Shown: positions 16,608 through 25,519 of the stretch, in pieces | How the letters are laid out: each line of letters begins with the position of its first letter | How positions within the stretch are numbered: the first letter of the stretch is position 1 | Source of the DNA: a virus | Direction: 5' to 3' (one strand) | Virus record (IMG/VR): IMGVR_UViG_3300045988_176073 | Length of the DNA: 31,156 bases | The notes under the pieces: model-generated | What the model saw: the letters and a program-made list of their open reading frames with translations, nothing else | Database searches by the model: none | Told to the model about the DNA's origin: nothing | Program-made: the position numbers and the translations under genes

Positions 16608-17858
16608 TTAAAGAGCCTGTACTGTATTTTCTGGCTCATCTAAATCCACACCGTCTATTACCTTCAAAATAACAAATGCATTTTCATCAATAGGTTTACC
16701 GTCAACTATAGCATAACTCATATAGTCTGTTTTCCGTTCTTTAATATGGTCTTCAGTATAAATAGAAATATCTTCTTGTATATTTGCTACATAACCATCC
16801 TTTAAATTCCCAATTAAAATTTCACCATATTTGATACCTGCATCTTCTTTAACTTCAATTCCAAACAATCTATGAATTCCGTTATTAGTTGGATCAGCTA
16901 TAAATAATGGTTTTCCACCACTCTCTGTAAGAGTAGCTAACGAAGTCCAAATTGTTCTCCTGCTAGCATAAATCTTTGTATTTTTAGAATAATTTGTCGG
17001 AATTTCACCTAAATATTGACATAATACGTTATAACTCAATACAGCATTGTCATAATATTTATTAGTATTTTTCAATATCGTTCTAATACCTAATGGTTCC
17101 GATTTTGAATTGGTTTGTGCTGTTTTAGGACCTTTGCCACGATAAACACCGTATGATAATGCTGCACCAATTCTTTTTCCTAATTCATTAATTATATAAG
17201 TTTCAAGTTCATTAATTGCCATGGTTTTAAGCTTCCACGATACAGTAATAGATTTAGCTAATTCATAACCCGATAACTCAACAGTTCCAAATTTTAATTC
17301 TTCAGATTCAACAACTGTACTTTCTTCATACCAAGTTGCATTTTTATTTTTTTCACCAGTAACTAACGTTAATATGCCTTTAACTTTAAACTTATTAACA
17401 TCTGCCCATAAACTAGAAGTTTGTTCAGCTTTCTCCCAAATACCATCTGCTACTGATTTGGGAATTAAAACGCCCTTATTTTCAGTCGAATGTACAAAAT
17501 CACTACGATACTGTTCATTTACTTTCGAAATTAAGTTTCTCTGTTCTTCTGTAACTTTTCTACCTGCGATATCATTTAACCATGCTGAACGATATTCAGG
17601 TGTTTCAATTGCTTGCTCCCAATTCATACTTCTCATGTCTATTTCTTTTTTATCGAAATTCTGACTAATGACATTGCCAATAGTTTCTCCTTTAGACATG
17701 CGCTCAATGATATTTTGTTTATCTTTAATTTGACGCTCTTCCGCTTCAATTTCATCTAATTCTGTAGAAATAGCGTTTAAGTCTGCGTTGTCATCTTGTT
17801 CAATTAACTTACGTAATTCTTGCTTTCTTTCTAAAATTTCCTTTAATCGTTTATTCAT
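16608..17858 (-). CDS. Major capsid protein, HK97 family, with an N-terminal coiled-coil delta-like domain.
   Basis: 416 aa immediately after the prohead protease. The N-terminal 110 aa are heptad-rich and charged, followed by an HK97-like body. Confidence 0.85.
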   Translation of the reverse strand: MNKRLKEILERKQELRKLIEQDDNADLNAISTELDEIEAEERQIKDKQNIIERMSKGETIGNVISQNFDKKEIDMRSMNWEQAIETPEYRSAWLNDIAGRKVTEEQRNLISKVNEQYRSDFVHSTENKGVLIPKSVADGIWEKAEQTSSLWADVNKFKVKGILTLVTGEKNKNATWYEESTVVESEELKFGTVELSGYELAKSITVSWKLKTMAINELETYIINELGKRIGAALSYGVYRGKGPKTAQTNSKSEPLGIRTILKNTNKYYDNAVLSYNVLCQYLGEIPTNYSKNTKIYASRRTIWTSLATLTESGGKPLFIADPTNNGIHRLFGIEVKEDAGIKYGEILIGNLKDGYVANIQEDISIYTEDHIKERKTDYMSYAIVDGKPIDENAFVILKVIDGVDLDEPENTVQAL

Positions 17859-18516
17859 TAAAAACTCCTCCTAATCTCAATTTTAATAACAATTCTTTTT
17901 TACGCTTTTCGTCTGCCGACTTCTCCAAATCAATTTCTCTAGACCTCTCCAGCTCAAGAGCAGAACTTTTTCTAGCACTTATAGAAGTATTGTCATATGC
18001 TGGAAAATCAACTGCGGCAACATCAAACAATTTATCAATAGATCTTATTGTATAAGTATGTGTTTCAATATCATAATCTTCATCTTCTATAGTGAAAGCA
18101 AATGACATTCTATCGACATCACCACGTTTAATTAATTCATATAAATCACGACCTGCCGTCGTATTTGCTAATTCAGCCCTAATAAAAAGACCCTCACTAT
18201 CTATATTAAGTGTGAGCGTCTTACTTCTAGTACGTGCCATTATCATTACATTATCTGAATGATTATATTTAAATGGTACATCCGATAAGTCTGCATGATT
18301 TAGAGCTTCAGGTTTAATAATCTCTTTGTACTCTAAACCATCAAATTTAAATAAAACAGTGGGTTCATTAAACCTTACTGCATACCCTTCAACTACCATT
18401 TTTTCTTTTTCATCTTCATTTCTTTTAGATATACTTACAGGCATACTTCTTATTTGCTTTTCTCTTTTAATAATTTCTTTTCTCTTAGTCCCCATTTTCA
18501 TCAACTCCTTTATCAT
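17851..18516 (-). CDS. Prohead protease (HK97 family, peptidase U35-like).
   Basis: 221 aa between the portal and capsid genes, with a VEGYAVRF-type N-terminal motif. Confidence 0.75.
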   Translation of the reverse strand: MIKELMKMGTKRKEIIKREKQIRSMPVSISKRNEDEKEKMVVEGYAVRFNEPTVLFKFDGLEYKEIIKPEALNHADLSDVPFKYNHSDNVMIMARTRSKTLTLNIDSEGLFIRAELANTTAGRDLYELIKRGDVDRMSFAFTIEDEDYDIETHTYTIRSIDKLFDVAAVDFPAYDNTSISARKSSALELERSREIDLEKSADEKRKKELLLKLRLGGVFNE

Positions 18517-19711
18517 TATTTTTTTTACCTATTTGATATTCTTGTGCATCTGAGGCGACTATATAATTTAATGTTTGTACATAATCATTTCCGCCTTCGT
18601 CCATAGACGGGAGATTAAATATTTCTCTCATTTCATCTTTTTTAATAACTGCCATTGGTCCCATTGTCTTAATTAATTCAATTTTTGTTTTTATAGAAGC
18701 ATATTGAATTCTATTTGGTTCAAACATAATTTCATTACCATGACCCATTTCACGTTCTGTAAATGATTTATAAGTAAATTCTTGAGACATTTGTATACTA
18801 ATTGGTTCTAATACACTTTCATAAAATGCATTCCATTGATCCTCAGTATAATTTGATGAAACAATGTCCTCATTAGTACCAAAATAAGCTAGCATATCTT
18901 CTGAAAGAAATTTCATTTGGTTAGAATCAACCATTTTAGGGTCATTTTTCAATTCAATATAATCAGCCTTTTGGTCTAATGCTGCGATACCCGAAGAATC
19001 ATTAATATTTAAATAGTCCTTAACAAAATTATTTCTATGGCTCTTTATATCTTCTGGCTTTAAAATTTGATTGTATTTTAATAAACCTCTTAAAAAAGCT
19101 GACTGTTTTGTTGCATTAATAATTGAATCATCTGCAGCCTGAATAACATTTAATCCATTTATTATACATTTGTTAGATTCACCATAAATATCGTTATTAT
19201 TAAAATAACGTCTTAGATGAATAACATCATCATAAGACGCTGATAGCTTATTACCATTGGGAAAATAGAATCTAATAAATAAATCTTCCTTATATTCAAT
19301 TAATTCTGTGTATCTTGAATTTATTGGATGATATCCTTTTATGTTACCTCTTTCATCTCTTTCGATATAAACAAAGGCATTATTTTTTAATAATAATTGA
19401 GTAATAATTTTATACAAAAAATCAAATGCACTCATAAAATAATTAGGTCGTATATTAAGCAAATATTCAAAGTTTGTACTTTGAACTTCAAGTTTCCCAT
19501 CTTTCTTCCTAATGTGTTTTGCACGTAACTTAGCACCATTAGTAGCTATAGTGTGTACAGCTTTGCGTACTATTTTTGTATCATATGGATTTTCTACATA
19601 GTTAAATGTAGGTGTATAGTTATTCATCATTTTAAAAATGCTTTGTTCTCTCGCATCTGCTAATGGATCTAAGAATAGTTTATTCCAAAAAGCCTTTGCT
19701 CTATTAAACAT
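18485..19711 (-). CDS. Portal protein (HK97 family).
   Basis: 408 aa directly downstream of the large terminase. Confidence 0.8.
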   Translation of the reverse strand: MFNRAKAFWNKLFLDPLADAREQSIFKMMNNYTPTFNYVENPYDTKIVRKAVHTIATNGAKLRAKHIRKKDGKLEVQSTNFEYLLNIRPNYFMSAFDFLYKIITQLLLKNNAFVYIERDERGNIKGYHPINSRYTELIEYKEDLFIRFYFPNGNKLSASYDDVIHLRRYFNNNDIYGESNKCIINGLNVIQAADDSIINATKQSAFLRGLLKYNQILKPEDIKSHRNNFVKDYLNINDSSGIAALDQKADYIELKNDPKMVDSNQMKFLSEDMLAYFGTNEDIVSSNYTEDQWNAFYESVLEPISIQMSQEFTYKSFTEREMGHGNEIMFEPNRIQYASIKTKIELIKTMGPMAVIKKDEMREIFNLPSMDEGGNDYVQTLNYIVASDAQEYQIGKKNNDKGVDENGD

Positions 19712-19725
19712 ATAATCACCTCCAG

Positions 19726-21462
19726 TTATGCACCTATCAAATTAATATAATCATCCATTTTTTCATTTAAAATTACATAAGCGTTAAGCATACAAGCTAA
19801 TCCGTCTATACGTCTTCTTTTATTACTTTTATCTGGCTGGATATTTCCATTTTTATCTATATCAACAATAGTGTTAGATAAACACCATTTTGTTACTGGA
19901 TTGTTATTATAATTAATGTGTTTTTTCTTTAAATCTGCACCTAAATTTTCCATTGGTCCTGATAAAGTTTTTTTACCTTGATATACTTTAATCATTGATT
20001 CGCTTCCATGTTTATCTTTCATACTCTCAACATAATATTCAGCAGACCAAGCATCGTAACCATGCCATGGTATATAAATATCAAATTCGTCACGCAATTC
20101 ATCAAACCATTCTTCAACAAACTTATAATGAACCTTATTGCCAGGTGTTGTCCTTACATATCCTAATTCTATCCATTTGTCATAAGGTACTTTATCTTCA
20201 TTTACTTTATCTTCTACTAGATCTTCTGGTATCCAATACATATGTTTGAAATAAACATTTTTGTCATTTGGAAGCATAAAAGCAATACACGCTGCTGTTA
20301 AATCAATACTGCTTGATAAGTCACTACCGCCAATAGCATAGGAAGGATTCAATTCACTTAATTCAAATTTATTAGTATTATTTAAATCTTCAAAAGATAG
20401 CCATGCTTCATTTGCATTTGACCGAATATTAAAATCTTTTGTTAGTAGGTTTGCTCTTAATAAAGCATTCTTCTTAGCTCTATTTACTTTAGTTTTGATA
20501 GCATCTATTTTCTTTATTGAACCTAATCCTGGATTGGCTTTTAGCCAACAACTTTCATCTATCCATTCTTCTCGTGAATCTAATTCATATATCAAAGGTA
20601 AAAATCGTTCATTTTTATATCCTTCATCTTCCCATAACCCATTGATTATATTTTCTGATTCTTCATATTTTATATCATACACAGAGTTTCTTATTGTTCC
20701 CGCAGTAGTTATTGCTAGAATTAAAGGATTATCACGTGCAGATATTCCGTCAAAAACCACATCGTACATTTGCATTGTTTTCCAAGCATGCACTTCATCC
20801 ATAATAGCACCATGTACATTTAACCCATCTGTAGTATCACTATCTCGACCAAGGGGAATTAATTGTCCATCATTAAAAGGTGTTAATATCTCAGCTACTT
20901 TAGTTACGAAATCGAGTTTTAATAACGGCGATTTATTCACCATCTTTTTAGCATCGTTCCATACTATTTTTGCTTGATCTTTTTTGGTAGCCACTGTGTA
21001 TACTTCTGGGCCACCTTCACCATCAGCACCGAGCAAATATAACGCTATTCCACTAGATATAGTTGACTTACCATTTTTACGAGCCACCACCCAAAAGATT
21101 TCTTGATATTTTCTTTCTTTAGTTTTTTTATTAATGAAACCAAAAATAGTTGCTATTCCTGCTTTTTGCCATAATTCTAATTCAATTGGTGTTCCAGCAT
21201 ACTTTCCCTTTATATGTTTACAAAATGATTCTATAAATTCTATTGGGTGTAATGCATGTTCAGGAGAATATATCCATTGACTTTCAGTATCATGAATATT
21301 TTCCACAATTTTTTTATAAACCTTATATATTTTTAATGACACAATTACTTTTTTATTTTTAATTTGGTTAAAATATTCAATTATTGGATTGTATTGAATT
21401 GGATAACTTTTAAAGTAGTAATCTTCAACTTTATTAACCACTTCTATCACGTCTTTTCGCAA
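19726..21462 (-). CDS. terL: Terminase large subunit.
   Basis: 578 aa, with an N-terminal ATPase region and a C-terminal nuclease region. It lies between the small terminase and the portal. Confidence 0.9.
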   Translation of the reverse strand: MRKDVIEVVNKVEDYYFKSYPIQYNPIIEYFNQIKNKKVIVSLKIYKVYKKIVENIHDTESQWIYSPEHALHPIEFIESFCKHIKGKYAGTPIELELWQKAGIATIFGFINKKTKERKYQEIFWVVARKNGKSTISSGIALYLLGADGEGGPEVYTVATKKDQAKIVWNDAKKMVNKSPLLKLDFVTKVAEILTPFNDGQLIPLGRDSDTTDGLNVHGAIMDEVHAWKTMQMYDVVFDGISARDNPLILAITTAGTIRNSVYDIKYEESENIINGLWEDEGYKNERFLPLIYELDSREEWIDESCWLKANPGLGSIKKIDAIKTKVNRAKKNALLRANLLTKDFNIRSNANEAWLSFEDLNNTNKFELSELNPSYAIGGSDLSSSIDLTAACIAFMLPNDKNVYFKHMYWIPEDLVEDKVNEDKVPYDKWIELGYVRTTPGNKVHYKFVEEWFDELRDEFDIYIPWHGYDAWSAEYYVESMKDKHGSESMIKVYQGKKTLSGPMENLGADLKKKHINYNNNPVTKWCLSNTIVDIDKNGNIQPDKSNKRRRIDGLACMLNAYVILNEKMDDYINLIGA

Positions 21463-21838
21463 AAGCTTCTATAACTGAATTATTTTGAACTTCATCGTGG
21501 TCTTCATCTAAATATTTTAAATGTGATGTTAATTCTTTAATGATTGATTGATAGTTTTTATTCATTGAATTATAAAGTCTTGCTACTGGTCTTTCTCTCT
21601 CATATGGTGTTTGTGTTTCTGATTGACTAAACATTTCTACAAATCCATCTTTGTGAATATCAAGTTCCATATCTTCTAATGAAATCCTCATAAAAGCAGC
21701 TCTATTTATTAATCCATCTACAATAATCATCTTATCTTTTGGTATGTCTTTATAAACCTTTTTAAGTTTAGACAACTCTTTCTTTATTCTTTTTTGTTTA
21801 ATTAAATCCATGTTATCTTCGCCTATTTTAACCATCAA
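21434..21838 (-). CDS. terS: Terminase small subunit (P27 family).
   Basis: 134 aa at the HNH-cos-terS-terL position typical of HK97-like cos phages. Confidence 0.7.
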   Translation of the reverse strand: MMVKIGEDNMDLIKQKRIKKELSKLKKVYKDIPKDKMIIVDGLINRAAFMRISLEDMELDIHKDGFVEMFSQSETQTPYERERPVARLYNSMNKNYQSIIKELTSHLKYLDEDHDEVQNNSVIEAFAKRRDRSG

Positions 21839-21874
21839 ATCACAACCTATATTTGAGTGTATTTATAAAATTAA

Positions 21875-21975
21875 ATGGGGAGGGGGGTCATACGTGAAAC
21901 AATCCGTTAAATGTACCTCCTCCTAAGCCGGTCCCCCAAAGTGGCCCGGCAATGTTTAACCCGGGGGGACCCTTT
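21875..21975. other. Putative cos site. It is a strongly GC-rich island (ggggaggggggtc ... ccggtccccc ... ccggggggaccc) with inverted G/C runs, in an otherwise roughly 30% GC genome.
   Basis: The compositional anomaly is seen directly. It lies between the HNH endonuclease and the small terminase. Inverted repeat ggtccccc/ggggggacc. Confidence 0.55.
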
Positions 21976-22312
21976 CAATTAAATTTCCATATTCATCAAA
22001 CATCATTTCTTTCCTCACATTACCAACAAAAAAACCGTCTTTCGAAAGACGGTTTTTCCCTTTTTCAGGATGTACTTTATTGTGACATTCTAAACAAAGA
22101 GATTCTAAATTATCTAATTTTAACGCTTTAGTAAAATCTTTAGTAATAGGAATAATGTGATGTACAATTACTGCAGGATTAGGTCTAACCTTGCTTAATC
22201 TAACACATCTTCTACATAAATAGTTATCTCTATCTAATGCTATTTCTCTAATATTTAACCAAGCTTTCTTACGGTAGAACCAATCAAATTGTTGTTGCTT
22301 TCTTTTACTCAT
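21956..22312 (-). CDS. HNH endonuclease (terminase-associated).
   Basis: Cys pairs CRRC and CLEC with HHIIPI ... N ... H motifs. It sits immediately upstream of cos and terS. Confidence 0.85.
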   Translation of the reverse strand: MSKRKQQQFDWFYRKKAWLNIREIALDRDNYLCRRCVRLSKVRPNPAVIVHHIIPITKDFTKALKLDNLESLCLECHNKVHPEKGKNRLSKDGFFVGNVRKEMMFDEYGNLIERVPPG

Positions 22313-22366
22313 AAGTTATCCTCAAAATTGTTTCTTATACATATGTATACTGTGTAAGACATATAT

Positions 22367-23209
22367 TTAATTAAAATATTTCGGATGGCCTAACTTACTT
22401 TGAATATTTTCATCTGCTTTAACTTTATATTCTTCATTAACTTCATCTAATTTAGCCATAACAGTTATTTCATCTCGATGATTGTGTTTCAACGACATAT
22501 TATTAATTGAAATATAAATAGTATCTTTATATGGATTATCATATAGATCATAATATTCAAATGTAAATTGAAGCATTGGTTCTCTTATTTCTCGCGGATC
22601 AGAATGATATAATCTATAATTAAAGATACGCATATCAAAAAGATTGAAAGGAAATTCAATATAACCATTATTATTAATAAATCTATATTTTTTCTCTGAA
22701 TATTTTTCTTTCATTCGGACTCTGAAAGAATATCCCTTATCACCATTTTCATCTAACTCCACTGAAATTGTTGCTTCATTATTATCATCATTTACTTTAC
22801 CTAATTTAAAATCATGATTTAAAGGATAATATGAATCACCGTTCACTTGATTCAAAAAATTTAATCCGTCTATATGTTTGCATGTAATCGTAACGTTTTT
22901 GGCTACGCCGTTACCTATATTTCTAAACCTTAATATCGATTTATGAAAATAATCATTATTAAAGTCATTGTTTAAATTGTCATTATATAAATTTGAATCA
23001 GGATATATCCAGTTCTTATCAATATATTTCTTTTTATAACCTTTAAATTGGTAATATATTTCAAGAGGATCGAATATGAAGACTGGTTGATTATTTTTTG
23101 CGTCTTCTTCTAGTTTTTCCTTATGTATATTAGACTGGTACTCTCTAGTTTTATAAAATACAATTAAAACACCCAACATGCTTATCAAAGCACTTATTAT
23201 TGATCCCAT
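22367..23209 (-). CDS. Single-pass membrane-anchored protein of unknown function, 280 aa. It has one N-terminal TM helix and a beta-rich Asn/Tyr/Asp-rich domain.
   Basis: N-terminal MGSIISALISMLGVLIVFY is followed by a charged stretch. I recognise no domain. It lies between the late activator and the HNH gene. Confidence 0.75.
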   Translation of the reverse strand: MGSIISALISMLGVLIVFYKTREYQSNIHKEKLEEDAKNNQPVFIFDPLEIYYQFKGYKKKYIDKNWIYPDSNLYNDNLNNDFNNDYFHKSILRFRNIGNGVAKNVTITCKHIDGLNFLNQVNGDSYYPLNHDFKLGKVNDDNNEATISVELDENGDKGYSFRVRMKEKYSEKKYRFINNNGYIEFPFNLFDMRIFNYRLYHSDPREIREPMLQFTFEYYDLYDNPYKDTIYISINNMSLKHNHRDEITVMAKLDEVNEEYKVKADENIQSKLGHPKYFN

Positions 23210-23236
23210 TTCGTTTATATCTCTCCTTTTAAACTT

Positions 23237-23737
23237 TTAATCTATATTAATAAAAAGATTTTTATCTATCTCTAAATTTATTTTACATTTGGCTCTTTCT
23301 AAGTGTTTTTGTATTGTTCCTCTTTTTACTCCTAATAAATTAGCAACTTCACTATAACTTAATCCTTCACATTTAACCATTATAAAACATTCTAATTCAA
23401 TAGGAGTTAATTTCATCAAAGCATAACTAATTGGATTATTTATATCTTCAATAATATTTTTATATTCTTCATTAGAAATTTTTTTATACATAGATTCATC
23501 ACAAGCTTTTGCTAAAACTTGTTGATCTACTAAATAACATTGTGATCTATCAATAGCTTTATAAATCCCAGGTTGATGTCCATATTTTAACCATTCTATT
23601 GTATAATCTAAATCTTTTAAAATATCTTTATAGACTAATAAATCATCCATTCTAAAAGAATCTTTATTTTCTAAATCTTTAATTTTATTTAATACATTTA
23701 ACCTAGTCTTTCTATATTCTATTAATAAATCTTTCAT
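23237..23737 (-). CDS. Late-gene transcriptional activator with a sigma-70 region-4-like HTH (RinA/ArpU-type). The start is probably the internal ATG at 23737 (AGGAGTG SD).
   Basis: C-terminal LTPIELECFIMVKCEGLSYSEVANLLGVKRGTIQKHLERA matches a sigma region-4 HTH. It sits upstream of the packaging module. Confidence 0.6.
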   Translation of the reverse strand: MKDLLIEYRKTRLNVLNKIKDLENKDSFRMDDLLVYKDILKDLDYTIEWLKYGHQPGIYKAIDRSQCYLVDQQVLAKACDESMYKKISNEEYKNIIEDINNPISYALMKLTPIELECFIMVKCEGLSYSEVANLLGVKRGTIQKHLERAKCKINLEIDKNLFINID

Positions 23738-23810
23738 GATGATTACACTCCTGATGTTTGTATTTATATTTCTTGCCCTTAAATCCAACTTACTGACGTA
23801 AAATTATCTT

Positions 23811-23840
23811 TTGATAGCTTAATACCAATACTCTTATAAT
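23811..23840 (+). promoter_or_regulatory. Sigma-A promoter TTGATA-18 nt-TATAAT for the + strand small gene. It is followed by a 10-bp inverted repeat in the 5' UTR (ttaagtaata 23850-23859 / tattacttaa 23883-23892).
   Basis: Hexamers and inverted repeat read directly. A GGAGGTG SD and ATG lie at 23912. Confidence 0.5.
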
Positions 23841-23911
23841 ATTTTAATTTTAAGTAATATCTTTAAAAAGTTAAGTATTGGGTATTACTTAAATAAACGG
23901 AGGTGAACAAA

Positions 23912-24136
23912 ATGAATAAAGAAAATGTAATTAAACATTTAGAGAGTGATTATGAAAAGAATATTTTCTCGGAAGTTATAACTAATGATCATTCTTATTT
24001 ATCTAAGGGCTATCAAATTAAAGACGAAGATACAATAATGCTTTTATTAATCGATGACAGTGAAGTAGAAGTGAAATTTAAGAGTATATCAATTATTCTA
24101 AGTAGTAAAAAACATCCAGGTTATTTAAATGATTAA
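23912..24136 (+). CDS. Small acidic protein of about 74 aa encoded opposite to the lytic genes (moron-like). Function unknown.
   Basis: ATG with a GGAGGTG SD 7 nt upstream and its own promoter. It is the only + strand gene inside the - strand early/late block. Confidence 0.6.
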   Translation: MNKENVIKHLESDYEKNIFSEVITNDHSYLSKGYQIKDEDTIMLLLIDDSEVEVKFKSISIILSSKKHPGYLND

Positions 24137-24255
24137 TATGATATGAATTTAAATTATAAACCAACTGAAGTCATATATTTTGTTCTTTGTGAAAAACTAC
24201 TAGTATTTTTAATTGGTGATAATACAATTCTAGTAGTTTAATAAATAACATAATT

Positions 24256-24707
24256 CTATAAATCACTTTGTTTTACAAAAGTACCGTTTATAGTTTTTCC
24301 TTTTCTATTTTTGATTTCACTATAGGCGTTTTGTAGTCACTCTTCTAAGTTCCAACCAAATTGCTGAACTAAAAAAATTAAAGTAACTACAATATCGCCT
24401 ATACCCTTAAAGCTTCTTTATTTCCAGATAATAATGCTGCAACAACTTCATCAGTCTCTTCATAAGACTATATCGTTTACAATTAAAATGATTTATTTCA
24501 ACTTGGCTTCCTCAGTTATTTCTTTTGCCATTTCAACTTTAAATAATGTGTTTTCTTCTACTTCTTCACATTGAAGCCAACCAAATTTATCAAATTTTAT
24601 CCTTTCAGCATTTTTACCGTAAAATGTTTCATTCTTTATATTGTTTTTCCATGCCCATTAATCAATTCAATAAAGCTCAGTTTCATAACTGTTTTAATTT
24701 TAACCAT
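24256..24707 (-). pseudogene. Degenerate MazG-like nucleoside triphosphate pyrophosphohydrolase gene. The start and SD are intact, but the reading frame is broken by at least two frameshifts and four in-frame stops.
   Basis: ATG 24707 with an AAGGAG SD. Hand translation gives MVKIKTVMKLSFIELINGHGKTI*, then in other frames ...EVEENTLFKVEMAKEITEEAKLK*, ...ETDEVVAALLSGNKEALRV*, GIGDIVVTLIFLVQQFGWNLEE*, LQNAYSEIKNRKGKTINGTFVKQSDL*. The resemblance to the MazG EExGDxL core is by eye. Confidence 0.4.
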
Positions 24708-24806
24708 AATTAATTATACTCCTTCTTCTCAGAGGATTTATTTATACTACTTTCTGATAAATAACTATTTAGAGTTGGTTCACCTGATTTTATTAGTAAA
24801 AATTTT

Positions 24807-25115
24807 TTAATTAATATCTCTGTCTCTTAGTTCTTTATTTTGTTGTTTAAAAATTTTTTTAATTTTACGGTTAATATCATATTTATCAGTTTTTATATCT
24901 ATGATTTCAATTAATATTATTCCAATAATCATAGGAATAATATACTCTTCATAACTATAGATAAAAGCTAATGTGACACTTGCTGATAAAGAAATACACA
25001 TAACTAGACCTAACATAATTCTAATCAACTTGTTCAATATAAATGGTACTAAATAATAAGTTATGCACATAACAATAAATAAAATTGGAATTAATAAATT
25101 ATTCATATATTTCAT
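24807..25115 (-). CDS. Small membrane protein (three predicted TM segments), unknown function.
   Basis: 102 aa with hydrophobic stretches LLIPILFIVMCITYYLVPFIL, LGLVMCISLSASVTLAFIY and IIPMIIGIILIEII. Confidence 0.6.
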   Translation of the reverse strand: MKYMNNLLIPILFIVMCITYYLVPFILNKLIRIMLGLVMCISLSASVTLAFIYSYEEYIIPMIIGIILIEIIDIKTDKYDINRKIKKIFKQQNKELRDRDIN

Positions 25116-25156
25116 TCTCCTAAATTCAATTTTTTAACTATTCCCTAAAAATGGCT

Positions 25157-25519
25157 TTAAAGTAAATTCAAGAAGGTTTTGTAATATTTACTTGCTCTAA
25201 CTTTTTGAGGATACATCTTTAGATGGAGCTTTTTCTTTTTAATTTCTATTAATTTTTGTAGTTTGTAGGCTTCTCTACATCTTCTATTTTCATCAGCTAG
25301 TTGTCTTACTAAAAGCATTTCTTTAAATTCTTCGCTACTCATTTTTTTCGGTTGATGAACTATATAAAACTTTGGCCAACCTTTTTTTAATCTACTAATT
25401 ATAGTTGCTTCTGTAATATTTAACTCATTCATTTTTGCTAATTCATCATCAGTAAACTTTATTTTCATGTTATTGTATGTAAGAATTTTTCTAATTTCAG
25501 TCAAAATGATTAATCCCAC
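25157..25519 (-). CDS. Hypothetical protein with an HTH-like segment, downstream of the replisome organiser. It starts with GTG or an internal ATG.
   Basis: 120-aa ORF overlapping the DnaD-like stop. Motif NITEATIISRLKKGW. Confidence 0.45.
   Translation of the reverse strand: MGLIILTEIRKILTYNNMKIKFTDDELAKMNELNITEATIISRLKKGWPKFYIVHQPKKMSSEEFKEMLLVRQLADENRRCREAYKLQKLIEIKKKKLHLKMYPQKVRASKYYKTFLNLL

Noticed and set aside
14045-20977. + strand ORFs 14045..14422, 15746..16084, 17374..17664, 18326..18553, 19995..20249, 20495..20977
   Set aside because: All lie antisense within the densely packed, overlapping - strand structural operon. They have no SD or promoter and biased composition.
24571-24810. 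+ strand ORF of 79 aa in the MazG-remnant gap
   Set aside because: It has a Phe/Ile/Leu-rich translation and no SD. The region is better explained as a degenerate - strand gene.
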